Shown here: one piece after another, positions 1 to 9,607 of the stretch
Layout of the letters: each line of letters opens with the position of its first letter
Position numbering within the stretch: the first letter of the stretch is position 1
From: an uncultured virus (IMG/VR IMGVR_UViG_3300028805_000054)
Taxonomy: Duplodnaviria > Heunggongvirae > Uroviricota > Caudoviricetes
DNA: 64,000 nt
IMG/VR virus record: IMGVR_UViG_3300028805_000054
Reading direction: 5' to 3' (one strand)
Notes under the pieces: model-generated
The model's input: the letters and a program-made list of their open reading frames with translations, nothing else
What the model was told of the DNA's origin: nothing
Databases searched by the model: none
Made by a program: the position numbers and the translations under genes

Positions 1-2230
1 ACCAAGAAACAAGCACAACATTTCCGGAGAATGCTTTCTCCTCTATATTCTCTTTCTCTGAGAATGTTGCTTCCTGAAGATCACCTTCTTGACCCTCTAC
101 GGGAGCTGCCTTTGCATTAAGAATTGCGGCTTCTGCTTCTGCTGCAGCTGCTTGAATCTGCTGAACGGCTGCTATTGCTTTATCTTCAATAGCCTCAACG
201 CTTGGCATTTCCTCTTGTTGTGCTGCTTCTTGTCCTGCAGGAGCTATAGGGTTGCCGTTCTCATCGATTACAAACTCCATAGTAGGAACCTCCTGAGGAG
301 CTACGGGTTGAGCATGAATACCAGCAGCTGGAACTACGGCTTCTGCAAACCACTTATCAAGAACGGTGTTAGAGAATTTCTTTTCTTCCTTCTCTTCCTC
401 ATCTTTTTTCTCCTCTGCAGGTTTTTCAGCCTCTTTCTCAAGGTCTACCTCCTCTACTTTCTTTTCCTCTTCAGAAGTAGTATCTTCTTTGAGTTCTTTA
501 GCCTCTTCTTCGCTGATAGGAGAAAGCTCAATCTCTTCCTCGGTCAGAACAGCCTTAGTAAGCTCACCATCGTTCGTCTTGTCTTCAACAATAGCGGTTT
601 CAGCGTCTACGGGAGTAATCTTAATATCATCATTATCAATCTGATTACCACTCTCAATAGACTGCTCAATTAGCTTTTCATCCTCCTTGTCAGAAAAGAG
701 ACGAATCATGTACTGAGTCATGCTCTCGTTTTCCGAGAAGAATTTTGTTTCTGCCTCATTAGTATAGATATCAGAAAAATCTTTCTCTTCGTCTTCCTGC
801 TCAATAGCATCTTCCTCAGCTTGCTCAGCAGTATCTTCAGCATCTTCAACTACATCCTCTACCTGCTCATCCTCATCTACTTCTTCCTCGGATACAGCAA
901 TATCATCCATAAGGTCATTCGCTTCATCTTCAGTAAGAGCATCGAGTTTCATGTTGTCGTCGTCAATAGTAACTTTAGTATACTCACCATTATCCTTACT
1001 TTCAACAACAGCTTCAGTAGCAGAAATTGGAGTTACAATCTCTTCCTCAGTCTCGATTTCATCACCATTTTCAAGAGCATCCTCAATTTTAGCCTGGGAT
1101 GTTTCAATACCTTGTGAGGTTTCACTGAATAGACGGTCCATGAATCGTGTATTGTTTGAATAATACTTTGTTACATAAACACCACACTCAAACCCATCTA
1201 CATCAGAGAAAGTAGCTTCAGTTGGCTCCTCAATATTCTCTTCAGACTCAACACCAAGATTCCCAAGAAGTTCAGCTGCATAGTCACGAGCTGCTGCCTC
1301 ATCCTCAAAGATCTCAACAGCATCAACACCTGCTTCCGACAAACGAGTAGCAATATCATTAGCTGCTTCCTCGTCAAATACAGAAGTATCTACGAGCTGA
1401 TGGTTACCTGCATCTACACCTACTACGTGGAGTGGCTCAAGTTGCTCATTACTTTCAACAGGCTGCTCACCTTCCTCTGAGAAATTCTTTGAACCAAGTT
1501 CCTCAACCTCCATCTCCTCGTCAGTCAAGAGAACCTTAGCCTGATCACCAGATTTAGTATCAGATACGATCAGAGTATCACCATCTACCTTCTTAATCTT
1601 AAGGTTACCTACCTTAGCAACATCTTCAGTCTCCTCTGCAATAATCTCAGAGAATAACATTTCACAATATTCTTGCTGGCTGAAAATTTTCTGAACCACG
1701 GTATTGTCAGAATAAACAGAGAATTCTTTCTGTTCATCTTCCTTCTCCTCAGGACACTCGCCTTCTGCACACTCAGCTTCTTTACCTTCCTCTGCGTGCT
1801 CCTCGACTGTCTTTTCACAACCAGCTTCAGGATTCTTACCACCACACTCAAGATTAGGAGAAATTACACCTTCCTCAAGATGCTCTTCTACCGTATCAAC
1901 GGGATTTGTCTGATTGCCTGGGATTACCTCATCCTCAACTTCCGGATGAAGGAAACCGTCCATCTGTGGAGCATCAGCATTCATCTCGCTTTCCGGATTG
2001 TAAAGATCGACATTCCCATCCTCACTAATCTCTGCGATAGTGGTTTCATTATTTCCTTTATCGGTGACCATAATTTGGTTATCACCTACTTTTTCATACT
2101 TAAGCTCATCTGTATCAACAGCTTCGCCTTCCTTTGCCTTTTGAATGTCACTAAATACCATCTGAAGTACATTCTCTTCTGCCTTTTCAGTGGCCGCAAA
2201 CATTCGTTCCATAAATCGTGTATTAGCCAT
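1..2230 (-). CDS. Very acidic repeat protein, probable prohead scaffold/core protein (runs off window start)
   Basis: Missing from the ORF track. Hand translation from ATG at 2230 (MANTRFMERMFAATEK...) stays open to base 1 (>=743 aa). E/D-rich, with ~4 internal repeats starting NTRFMERMFA / EYCEMLFSE / NTRFMDRLFSE / TQYMIRLFSD. Lies downstream of the prohead protease. Confidence 0.7.
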   Translation of the reverse strand, partial: MANTRFMERMFAATEKAEENVLQMVFSDIQKAKEGEAVDTDELKYEKVGDNQIMVTDKGNNETTIAEISEDGNVDLYNPESEMNADAPQMDGFLHPEVEDEVIPGNQTNPVDTVEEHLEEGVISPNLECGGKNPEAGCEKTVEEHAEEGKEAECAEGECPEEKEDEQKEFSVYSDNTVVQKIFSQQEYCEMLFSEIIAEETEDVAKVGNLKIKKVDGDTLIVSDTKSGDQAKVLLTDEEMEVEELGSKNFSEEGEQPVESNEQLEPLHVVGVDAGNHQLVDTSVFDEEAANDIATRLSEAGVDAVEIFEDEAAARDYAAELLGNLGVESEENIEEPTEATFSDVDGFECGVYVTKYYSNNTRFMDRLFSETSQGIETSQAKIEDALENGDEIETEEEIVTPISATEAVVESKDNGEYTKVTIDDDNMKLDALTEDEANDLMDDIAVSEEEVDEDEQVEDVVEDAEDTAEQAEEDAIEQEDEEKDFSDIYTNEAETKFFSENESMTQYMIRLFSDKEDEKLIEQSIESGNQIDNDDIKITPVDAETAIVEDKTNDGELTKAVLTEEEIELSPISEEEAKELKEDTTSEEEKKVEEVDLEKEAEKPAEEKKDEEEKEEKKFSNTVLDKWFAEAVVPAAGIHAQPVAPQEVPTMEFVIDENGNPIAPAGQEAAQQEEMPSVEAIEDKAIAAVQQIQAAAAEAEAAILNAKAAPVEGQEGDLQEATFSEKENIEEKAFSGNVVLVSW

Positions 2231-2234
2231 AAAC

Positions 2235-3044
2235 TTATTTTATGATTTCTAATTCGTCCCCTACTTCCTTGATAATGCCTTTTTCTTTAAGCATAGAAAT
2301 TAGATCATCTGGAGCATCGGGGTATCTATCATCAAGAATAGTTTTGAACTCTTCCTTCGGTTTCTTCTGTCCACCAAATTCAAGTACAATATCATTCTTA
2401 ATTCCAGAATCTGTCATCCAATCCTCTTTAGAGTTAGAATCCGTTCCAACACCATGAATCTTCTTGATTATGGCCATGCTTTTTGGGCAAAGATCACTAA
2501 CCTCTTCCAATTTTTCAATACCAACCTCAGGCGCACTCATAGTCACGGCCGGGTCTAATTCAAGAGTTTTAGTAACAGATATAATAATTTTCGAGAATAA
2601 TCTAGACTGCATAAAAGAGTCCTCATAAATTTTCACTGATCCATCTTCCATAGTTTCAGCAAAATTCTTCTCTTCAAGTTCTCCGGCCGTAATTCCCAGT
2701 ACGCCAAATTCTTTTTGAAAATCCTCTGCACTAAGTGACGAACCTGAAAACTTTTTAAGCTTGAGTTCTACTTTATCCTCAGTCTCATTAAATTCTTTTT
2801 GAAACAGCTCTTCCTCACTAAACGTTTTCTCTACCTTAGGTGTTTCCGAAATCACATTAAACCTATGACCTCCACACTTTGGGCATAATAGGTTAGTAGT
2901 TGCAGCAGTTGTCTCAAATTTGTATCCGCAGTCTTGGCAACGAACCCAATGCGGAAATTCTTGTGCGACTCCTCCAGTATTATCACAGAATAACTTAATC
3001 CTAGGAGAGGAGTTAGTCTTGCTAAATAACTTAATTCTGTCCAT
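2235..3044 (-). CDS. Zn-ribbon head-module protein with multiple K-x-F-S motifs
   Basis: Likely start MDRIKLFS at 3044; CQDC...CPKC; motifs KLFS, KTFS, KKFS, RLFS. Confidence 0.6.
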   Translation of the reverse strand: MDRIKLFSKTNSSPRIKLFCDNTGGVAQEFPHWVRCQDCGYKFETTAATTNLLCPKCGGHRFNVISETPKVEKTFSEEELFQKEFNETEDKVELKLKKFSGSSLSAEDFQKEFGVLGITAGELEEKNFAETMEDGSVKIYEDSFMQSRLFSKIIISVTKTLELDPAVTMSAPEVGIEKLEEVSDLCPKSMAIIKKIHGVGTDSNSKEDWMTDSGIKNDIVLEFGGQKKPKEEFKTILDDRYPDAPDDLISMLKEKGIIKEVGDELEIIK

Positions 3045-4284
3045 CTTTCTCCTCCTCTTCTTCTCTAAGATTAACTGTCGTAGGAGTCTCAAAGACATAT
3101 TGGAGTATTGATTTAACAAACTCTGTATATGCTTCTTGAATCTTCTGATATCTCATTTTAGATACAAACCCAGATTTTTTGTTCTCCATAAGAGCCATTT
3201 TATATGGTATCATAAGATTTTGACACGACTTTCTAACAGAGACACCTAAAGATGATGCGCCGAGGAGAGCATTAAGATTCTTCCCACTCAAAATCTGTCC
3301 GGTGATTTCTTGCATGATTCCAAGAAGATCCGTAGTGAAAAGAGATTTCATTATTTTAAGAGCCTCTGGTGAAATTTTTTCTGGACCACCCTGTGATTTA
3401 AGAGCTTGACGATAATCCATAATGAGACGTCTGAAACGAATCCTAGGACTAAGCTTTCCAAGTCTTGTTCTTTCAATAATATGAGCCTGTGAGAATTCCT
3501 TCTGCTCTACTTTTTGAGTTTCATCATTAATAACTTCTACATCTTCAAAAGTACTATAAGATTTAGCTTTCAAGATCGTAAATTGGTTATTAATCTTTGA
3601 AGTTTTTGGTGTGTTAATTTCAAGACCAAGTTCATTAAGATTTGAGAAGGTCTTTACTTTATATCCATCAAATCTATCTCCAGCATCTACTTCACTAAAT
3701 GATTTTTCACCAAGCAAAGAACTAACAACATTTCCATCATCATCCATTACTTCAGTTACATAACTACCAGGAAATGATGGATTTAGCGTAAAGTCTACTC
3801 CTTTACATGCTACAAGTTTCTCCAGACGATCTTCTCCATTTTTCATTCCACTCCATAAACCAACAAGAACGCAAGATATACCTATACTACTGTGTTTTAG
3901 AAGGCCCTTAATACGGAGAATTGCCTGTTTTGCTTTATCATCAAAATCATTTTCATCATAAATCTGAACTTCTGCCCACCAAGCCCCATTCTCAATCCAC
4001 ATTTTATCAATATAGTGAGTAGGAGGACAGCCGCCGTTTCCAGTGGTTATCAAAATGCCATCATCCTTACCAATTGTTTTAGAAAGATTAGATGCTACTG
4101 ATTCAGAAAAATCTTGAGCCTTTATATTTCTAACTCTATGTGTAAGAGAGCCAATCATTCTATGTGCTCTAATAGATTCTTGAGCTTCGGGAGAGTCTAG
4201 ATATTGTTTAACCACATCAGAAGAGACTACTGAACCGTCGCTTGCATGTGATCCGAATTTTAAAATTCTTACTTTTACTCTCAT
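3031..4284 (-). CDS. Prohead (maturation) protease, T4 gp21/HK97-like fold
   Basis: IGSLTH (His), IGISCVLVG (Ser), GVDFTLNPSFPGS motifs; located between portal and scaffold. Confidence 0.75.
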   Translation of the reverse strand: MRVKVRILKFGSHASDGSVVSSDVVKQYLDSPEAQESIRAHRMIGSLTHRVRNIKAQDFSESVASNLSKTIGKDDGILITTGNGGCPPTHYIDKMWIENGAWWAEVQIYDENDFDDKAKQAILRIKGLLKHSSIGISCVLVGLWSGMKNGEDRLEKLVACKGVDFTLNPSFPGSYVTEVMDDDGNVVSSLLGEKSFSEVDAGDRFDGYKVKTFSNLNELGLEINTPKTSKINNQFTILKAKSYSTFEDVEVINDETQKVEQKEFSQAHIIERTRLGKLSPRIRFRRLIMDYRQALKSQGGPEKISPEALKIMKSLFTTDLLGIMQEITGQILSGKNLNALLGASSLGVSVRKSCQNLMIPYKMALMENKKSGFVSKMRYQKIQEAYTEFVKSILQYVFETPTTVNLREEEEEKDGQN

Positions 4285-4401
4285 GTTAAGTAAATCTAAA
4301 TAAAGTTAATCACGCCAGGAAAATATCTCTGACTAACCAAAAAGTTCCCTATGCTGCATCGAAGCATAAAGTCATATTTCAACTTTGCATAGGGATATAA
4401 T

Positions 4402-6132
4402 TTATTTATTATTTTCATTTTCAGAATATGGAATATAGTCTAATGGTCTTTTAAATAAAGATTCATAGTCTATAAAAGTATAAGGATCGATACCTTTAGT
4501 TATTACTTTTTCAAGAAATTCAAAAATGGACTCTCTAGTATTATAAATATACGGTATTTCTATTAGAGATATATTGTTTTTTCTACAATACCATTTTACT
4601 TTCTCGTCTCTCATAAGTTGATCTTTAAATTTTTCTATATTTCCCCTATGAAAATAACTAAACTCATAATGTTGTAGACCATTATATTCCAGAAAAATGA
4701 TAGAAACTGTCCCATCAGATTTATAAATAATAATTTTATAATCAATTATAATATTATTTATTTTCTTTTTTAAATCTGGAATTGTATATCGATGTATATA
4801 TTCTAATTCATGACTAGATAACCAGTCTTCTACATAATTTTCACAAATATTTGTAGAAAATCCACAATCAGGGCATCCGCATCCTGATAGGTGGTTTGAT
4901 GGAACCTGCCAAAATTCACCGTGGGTTGGGCAACTAATTTTTACCGGTGTATTAATATTTATATATTTTACTTCAGAGTAATCATATTTATCTCCATGGA
5001 TCTTTATTGATCTATCTATAAAATCTTTTGTAGATAATCTGTGAGATTCCCCACCAATTAGCATACCACATCTAGGACATCCATGACTATTTAAATGGTT
5101 GTATGGAGTTTGCCAAAATTCTCCATGTTCAGGGCATATAATTTTTACTTCAGTATCAATATCAATATAGTTAACTTCACTGTAGTCAAATTTATTTCCA
5201 TGAGTCTCAATAGCTTTTTCTATAAAAATCTTCTTTTGTGACTCTCTTCTTTCTTCTTTTCTACATACGGGGCAGCCCAATTGATATCCTAAAAGAAAGC
5301 TTGGTACTGTTTCAAAATCTCCATGTTTTTTACAGGTTATTTTTACTGGAGTATGACAGTTAATATATTGTACATTACCATATTCATATTTATCACCAAA
5401 AATCTCTTTAGATTTTTTAATAAATTCTTCTCTACTATTTCTAAGCTTGTTAGCAATGCTTACTTTTATTTTACCACAAATAGGACATCCGCTACCTTGT
5501 AAATGAATATATGGCACCTGCCAGAACTCTCCATGTTCAGGACATATAATTTTAACTTTAGTATCAATATTTATATAATTTACTTCATTATAATTATATT
5601 TATTTTGATGAACTAAGTTGGCTTCCTCTATAAATTTTTCAACGGTTTTCCTATTTGCATTAGCAGACTTTTTCTTACCGCAGTTAGGACAACCACCTCC
5701 TCTTAAATGAATAGCCGGAGTTTGCCAAAAGAATTCATTACATTCTTTACAAAAAATTTTTATCTTAGTATGATTATTTATATAGTTTACTTCTGAATAA
5801 TCATAAACTTCCTGATGTATATTTTTTGCTCTCTTAACAAATTCTTCTGTATTACTAGATTCTTTTTTACTAGTAATTTCTTTTGAACATACTTTACATC
5901 CTTTTTTCATCAAATGATTATCTGGTGCCTGCCAAAATTCTCCGTGTAATTTACAAAGGATACAAATTTTATCTTTACTTCCTATATATTTGACAAATCT
6001 GTAGTCATATTTGTCACCTTGTACTAAACGCGCTTTCCATATAAATTCGCGTGTTTTCTCATCTTGAAAAGGAATCAACCACTTTCTATAATGACTCAGT
6101 GGTACAAGCATTAAATTATTTTCAATCATCAT
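4402..6132 (-). CDS. Free-standing homing endonuclease-like protein: six Zn-binding repeats plus C-terminal PD-(D/E)XK/Vsr-like nuclease
   Basis: Six repeats of F..HGDKYDYS.V.Y.N..T.VKI.C..HGEFWQ.P..HL.G.GCP.C; C-terminal IDY...LEYNGLQHY...RD..K..YC..NNISLIEIPY. Confidence 0.8.
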   Translation of the reverse strand: MMIENNLMLVPLSHYRKWLIPFQDEKTREFIWKARLVQGDKYDYRFVKYIGSKDKICILCKLHGEFWQAPDNHLMKKGCKVCSKEITSKKESSNTEEFVKRAKNIHQEVYDYSEVNYINNHTKIKIFCKECNEFFWQTPAIHLRGGGCPNCGKKKSANANRKTVEKFIEEANLVHQNKYNYNEVNYINIDTKVKIICPEHGEFWQVPYIHLQGSGCPICGKIKVSIANKLRNSREEFIKKSKEIFGDKYEYGNVQYINCHTPVKITCKKHGDFETVPSFLLGYQLGCPVCRKEERRESQKKIFIEKAIETHGNKFDYSEVNYIDIDTEVKIICPEHGEFWQTPYNHLNSHGCPRCGMLIGGESHRLSTKDFIDRSIKIHGDKYDYSEVKYININTPVKISCPTHGEFWQVPSNHLSGCGCPDCGFSTNICENYVEDWLSSHELEYIHRYTIPDLKKKINNIIIDYKIIIYKSDGTVSIIFLEYNGLQHYEFSYFHRGNIEKFKDQLMRDEKVKWYCRKNNISLIEIPYIYNTRESIFEFLEKVITKGIDPYTFIDYESLFKRPLDYIPYSENENNK

Positions 6133-6283
6133 AAGTATTCTGTTAAGTTTTTAGATCATGTGTTGTTCTGCCTTCGATTATCAATTTAAAGATAGGAGTC
6201 CCGAAGATATTGGCCAGTTCCGAGACCCTATCTAAATACTTATAATGATAACCGCTAAAGAGCCACATGACTTCTTAACGATG

Positions 6284-6336
6284 TTCCTGAGACCTAATCG
6301 AATAGTAAAGATCATATTTCAATCTTATCTCAGGAA
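6284..6336. repeat. Structured dispersed repeat, copy 1
   Basis: TCCTGAG..CTCAGGA outer stem enclosing invariant CCTAATCGAATAGTA; second copy at 30681-30736. Confidence 0.7.
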
Positions 6337-6487
6337 AAGTTTAGGCAAAATATTATCAGCCATATCACGTAAGGCCAGACAACTAAATATGTAATTTGAT
6401 TATGACAGAAGTCTTGTTCATCATTTTCATATTCTATTCTTTCCCACATCATTTTCTTTCTCACAGTACAGGATTTTTAGTTCCCGT

Positions 6488-6539
6488 ACTTATATAAGGA
6501 AGTGTGACATTTTTTTACGCATTTTGTGGGTCTTTTTCG
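6488..6539 (-). promoter_or_regulatory. Extended phage promoter element, copy 1
   Basis: Minus strand CCCACAAAA-N5-AAAAAAATGTCRCA-N3-CCTTATATWAGT, four copies with identical spacing. Confidence 0.75.
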
Positions 6540-6552
6540 TTATTTTTGGGTT

Positions 6553-7236
6553 TTATTCCTCAATTCCGGCATCTTTTTTGAATAACTTCATAAAATTCTC
6601 CACGGCTTCTTTGCTTTCCGACGAGTTTATGCTTGAGTCATTTTTCTCATCAGCCAGTTTTTGTAGAATAGCGTCTGAGTCTGGTGTTGATGTGTCTTTA
6701 ACCAGTTCATCAATGCTTGCGGAGTATGATATAAGTTTTTCTATAACGAGGAACATATCTGGAAGGCTTAATCCATTATTTCCATCCAGGAGCCTTTTAG
6801 GATCAAGCACGTAATCAATACAAATAACCAATCTTCCAAGTATATGCATCAGGAGTAGTGGTTTTATTGATTTAAAGACTTCCGACACATATAATTCCAG
6901 TACTTTTCTTTGGTCTGGATCTGAAACTGCCACCATTGAATTGCTGATAGAGTCTAGATCAAGGCTTATATTAGTTCCGTATTTCTCATTATAGTTTGTG
7001 ATAATGGAGTTTAGTGCGAGATTAAATTCCTTAGCTTTTGCCTCCTTATCTTTTTTCAGGATTGCTGTTGAGTCTAGTATTACGTTTTTTGCTGATTTTG
7101 GGAGTTGAGGGGCAGAGGCTAGCATATCTTTGATGTAGTCTTTTTCTTCTATGATTTCCGGTTCTTCGATTCCCTCATTCCTTAGCAATTGTTTTTTAAC
7201 TTCCGGATCGTTAAATGGGTTACTTGATTCTATCAT
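6553..7236 (-). CDS. Hypothetical protein (head/packaging module)
   Basis: 227-aa ORF co-oriented with neighbours. Confidence 0.7.
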   Translation of the reverse strand: MIESSNPFNDPEVKKQLLRNEGIEEPEIIEEKDYIKDMLASAPQLPKSAKNVILDSTAILKKDKEAKAKEFNLALNSIITNYNEKYGTNISLDLDSISNSMVAVSDPDQRKVLELYVSEVFKSIKPLLLMHILGRLVICIDYVLDPKRLLDGNNGLSLPDMFLVIEKLISYSASIDELVKDTSTPDSDAILQKLADEKNDSSINSSESKEAVENFMKLFKKDAGIEE

Positions 7237-7345
7237 ATGAGTTAAAATAAATTTAAAAAGGGGATGGTCAGGGTGAATTGGGAAGTTGAGATAGAGAATG
7301 AGAGAATAGATATGTGAGTGAATCCAATTCTTTCCCCGACCCCCT

Positions 7346-7546
7346 TTATATTATCATTTGTAAAACCTGTCCAACCAATCCGAATCCTACTAGTGAGAAA
7401 GCCAGATTAAGATTAGCGGTTCCATTTTTTGCTTTTTCGTAATTATAACCCAGAACAAAAGCAGTAACTGGGCATATTCCTAAGAGATAACCTGCAACGA
7501 GAGCTAGCAAAAGATATCCCCCATAATTTATCCATAAGTTTTTCAT
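7346..7546 (-). CDS. Small membrane protein (holin-like size, function unproven)
   Basis: 66 aa, two hydrophobic segments. Confidence 0.55.
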   Translation of the reverse strand: MKNLWINYGGYLLLALVAGYLLGICPVTAFVLGYNYEKAKNGTANLNLAFSLVGFGLVGQVLQMII

Positions 7547-7902
7547 AATGTTCTGAGTTTAGGGTTAATGCGCTCTATTCTTTCCCGCTTGTTTTCTCGC
7601 GTTAAAGTTTTCTGCTCCGCGAAAATTTGATTTGGCGTTTCTATTAAGGTGTTATTTTCTTGCGTTTCGCCTTTCCTTCACACCTTTTTCTCCACGCCTA
7701 ATTTTCCACACTATCTTCTTTCGAAACGTTTTATTTATCTCTACGTTTTTATTTTATAGTGTGTAGAAGAATACGCGAGGAATGTTCAAGCGGGTTATTA
7801 GTCAGAGCGCGGTGTAGTTAATTTTATATTAACGTAGTTCCCTGTGTCTTATCGAAAAGTAGAGACCATTAAAGACTCGCACAGGGATATGGTTTGTAAC
7901 GA

Positions 7903-8892
7903 TTATTTCTTGTTCTTTTTCTTAGAGCCGAAATTCTCGTTTATATCTTTTGTTGCTTTTTCTAGCTGTTCATCTGTAGCAGTTTTTAAAAATTTTTCAT
8001 CACCCTTCTTAATCTGCTTTTTGATTATAGCATTATTCATTTTGTATCCGGCAGTTCCCAATGCAGCAGCACCAAGACCAGCACCAATAGCGCCAGCAAT
8101 ATTACCTCTCTTAAGAGATTTATCTGTTAATTTTTTGAGTCGTTTGGAACTATTAACAGCACCCTTAGAGCCATTGACAGTTTCCTTAGCCCACTTATCT
8201 CTAGCCTTATCAATAACCTTCTCTAATTTTTTTCCTTTCTTCGTTTTTTCGGCTGCATCAAATCCTAATTTAGTACCAATAGATGCACCAACAGAACCCA
8301 TAGTAGCAGCTCCTAAAATACCTGCGGCTTTTCCAGCTTTATCCTGAACTTTCTTCGATGCATCTTTATAGTCCTTTTCCAGATCTTCGCGGGATTTTTT
8401 CTTTTCAGCAAATTCTTTCTGATCCTTCTTTTTCTTGAGAGCTTTATAGGCAACCGCACCAGCCACTGAAGCACCTACACCAGCGATACCAGCTTTTGTT
8501 CCCTTCTTGCTAACTTTTTCAAGAATCTTATCGGCCTTCTTAAGTTTCTTCTGAGCTGCTTTATTAATCTCAATATCCATTTGTTGATTTTTAGTCAGAG
8601 TAGGAATAGCTTTACCTCCAGCGGAAGCTTTCTTAGCTCTATCATAGATATTAGCATTTTCCATTTCAAGCTTACTAATAGCCTTCTTAACCTTCTTTCG
8701 GCCAATCTCAGCACCCAGACCTACAGTACCAGCACCAAGGCCTACAGTTGCGCCGCCGATTGTAGCAGCTTTAGCAACTTTCTCTTTCTTAGACTCTTCC
8801 TTCTTAGCGGCAAATTCTTTCTGAGTCTGAAATTCTGTTGTACTAAATGTTTTCTCTCCAATCTTAGAGAAAACTTTACGTCTAATATACAT
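7903..8892 (-). CDS. Lys-rich protein with four glycine-zipper hydrophobic segments and an N-terminal leader
   Basis: MYIRRKVFS...; GATVGLGAGTVGLGA, GIAGVGASVAGAV and similar segments; internal QKEFA repeats. Confidence 0.75.
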   Translation of the reverse strand: MYIRRKVFSKIGEKTFSTTEFQTQKEFAAKKEESKKEKVAKAATIGGATVGLGAGTVGLGAEIGRKKVKKAISKLEMENANIYDRAKKASAGGKAIPTLTKNQQMDIEINKAAQKKLKKADKILEKVSKKGTKAGIAGVGASVAGAVAYKALKKKKDQKEFAEKKKSREDLEKDYKDASKKVQDKAGKAAGILGAATMGSVGASIGTKLGFDAAEKTKKGKKLEKVIDKARDKWAKETVNGSKGAVNSSKRLKKLTDKSLKRGNIAGAIGAGLGAAALGTAGYKMNNAIIKKQIKKGDEKFLKTATDEQLEKATKDINENFGSKKKNKK

Positions 8893-8894
8893 AG

Positions 8895-9155
8895 CTAATT
8901 TTTAACATTCTTATCGGACTTCTTTTTACGTTTAGGTACAATACCTTTGAGTCCAGAAATAATATTCTTCGCCACCCTAGTCTTCTTTTTGACAGGCATG
9001 GTTTGTCCTATTGCTGTTTGATCGATTTTAGACACTACACCTTCAGCAGTATCCATCGTATCATGCAATGTATCTCCTACTTGAGCGGGAATGTACTTGA
9101 CTCCATTAATGGTTACTTCTCCATACCCGCTAAAGCCTTTTCTCTTAATAATCAT
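8895..9155 (-). CDS. Leader-family small protein
   Basis: MIIKRKGFSG start. Confidence 0.65.
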   Translation of the reverse strand: MIIKRKGFSGYGEVTINGVKYIPAQVGDTLHDTMDTAEGVVSKIDQTAIGQTMPVKKKTRVAKNIISGLKGIVPKRKKKSDKNVKN

Positions 9156-9259
9156 TTTCCTTCAGTGGGTTATAGTTATCATCTTGACTACTCTCCCAAC
9201 TCTGCGGACCATTTTCGACATTCTTAGTGAACGTCTTTTCTTTTAACTCTTCCATAATT

Positions 9260-9607
9260 TTAAACTTTCATTGGTACTGGTTGAACAGGTTTGGATCTTG
9301 TTTTATAGAGTCCAACATTTTTAGCCTCCTCACGTTGATCCTGTATTTTTGCTGTCTTGATTTGATTTTTTGTTTCCTCCTGATTTTCTTTGGCTGACTG
9401 TTTTTGTGCATCTGCCAAATTTTTCATAGAGTCTCGTCTTTCTTGAGCAGCAATTTTTTCACGAAGCCTTTGAGTCTGTAGAATTTGTCTCTGTTGCTTC
9501 ATTTGTTCAATCTGTAGGTCCCTTGAAGTTATCATTTGCTGGTTAAGAGCTTCCTGTTGTTCTGCCTGATCCGTTACTGCAAATTTTTTACTTCTTAAAA
9601 TCCTCAT
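9260..9607 (-). CDS. Leader-family Gln-rich coiled-coil protein
   Basis: MRILRSKKFA start; overlaps portal stop. Confidence 0.65.
   Translation of the reverse strand: MRILRSKKFAVTDQAEQQEALNQQMITSRDLQIEQMKQQRQILQTQRLREKIAAQERRDSMKNLADAQKQSAKENQEETKNQIKTAKIQDQREEAKNVGLYKTRSKPVQPVPMKV

Noticed and set aside
89..2245. Plus-strand ORFs 89-673, 366-644, 821-1117, 951-1163, 1673-2245
   Set aside because: Ser/Phe/Leu-rich antisense shadows of the acidic minus-strand gene; the same applies to most short antisense ORFs in the track
4285..6490. Homing endonuclease lying inside a group I intron
   Set aside because: No ordered P/Q/R/S elements or interrupted host gene found in the flanks; treated as free-standing
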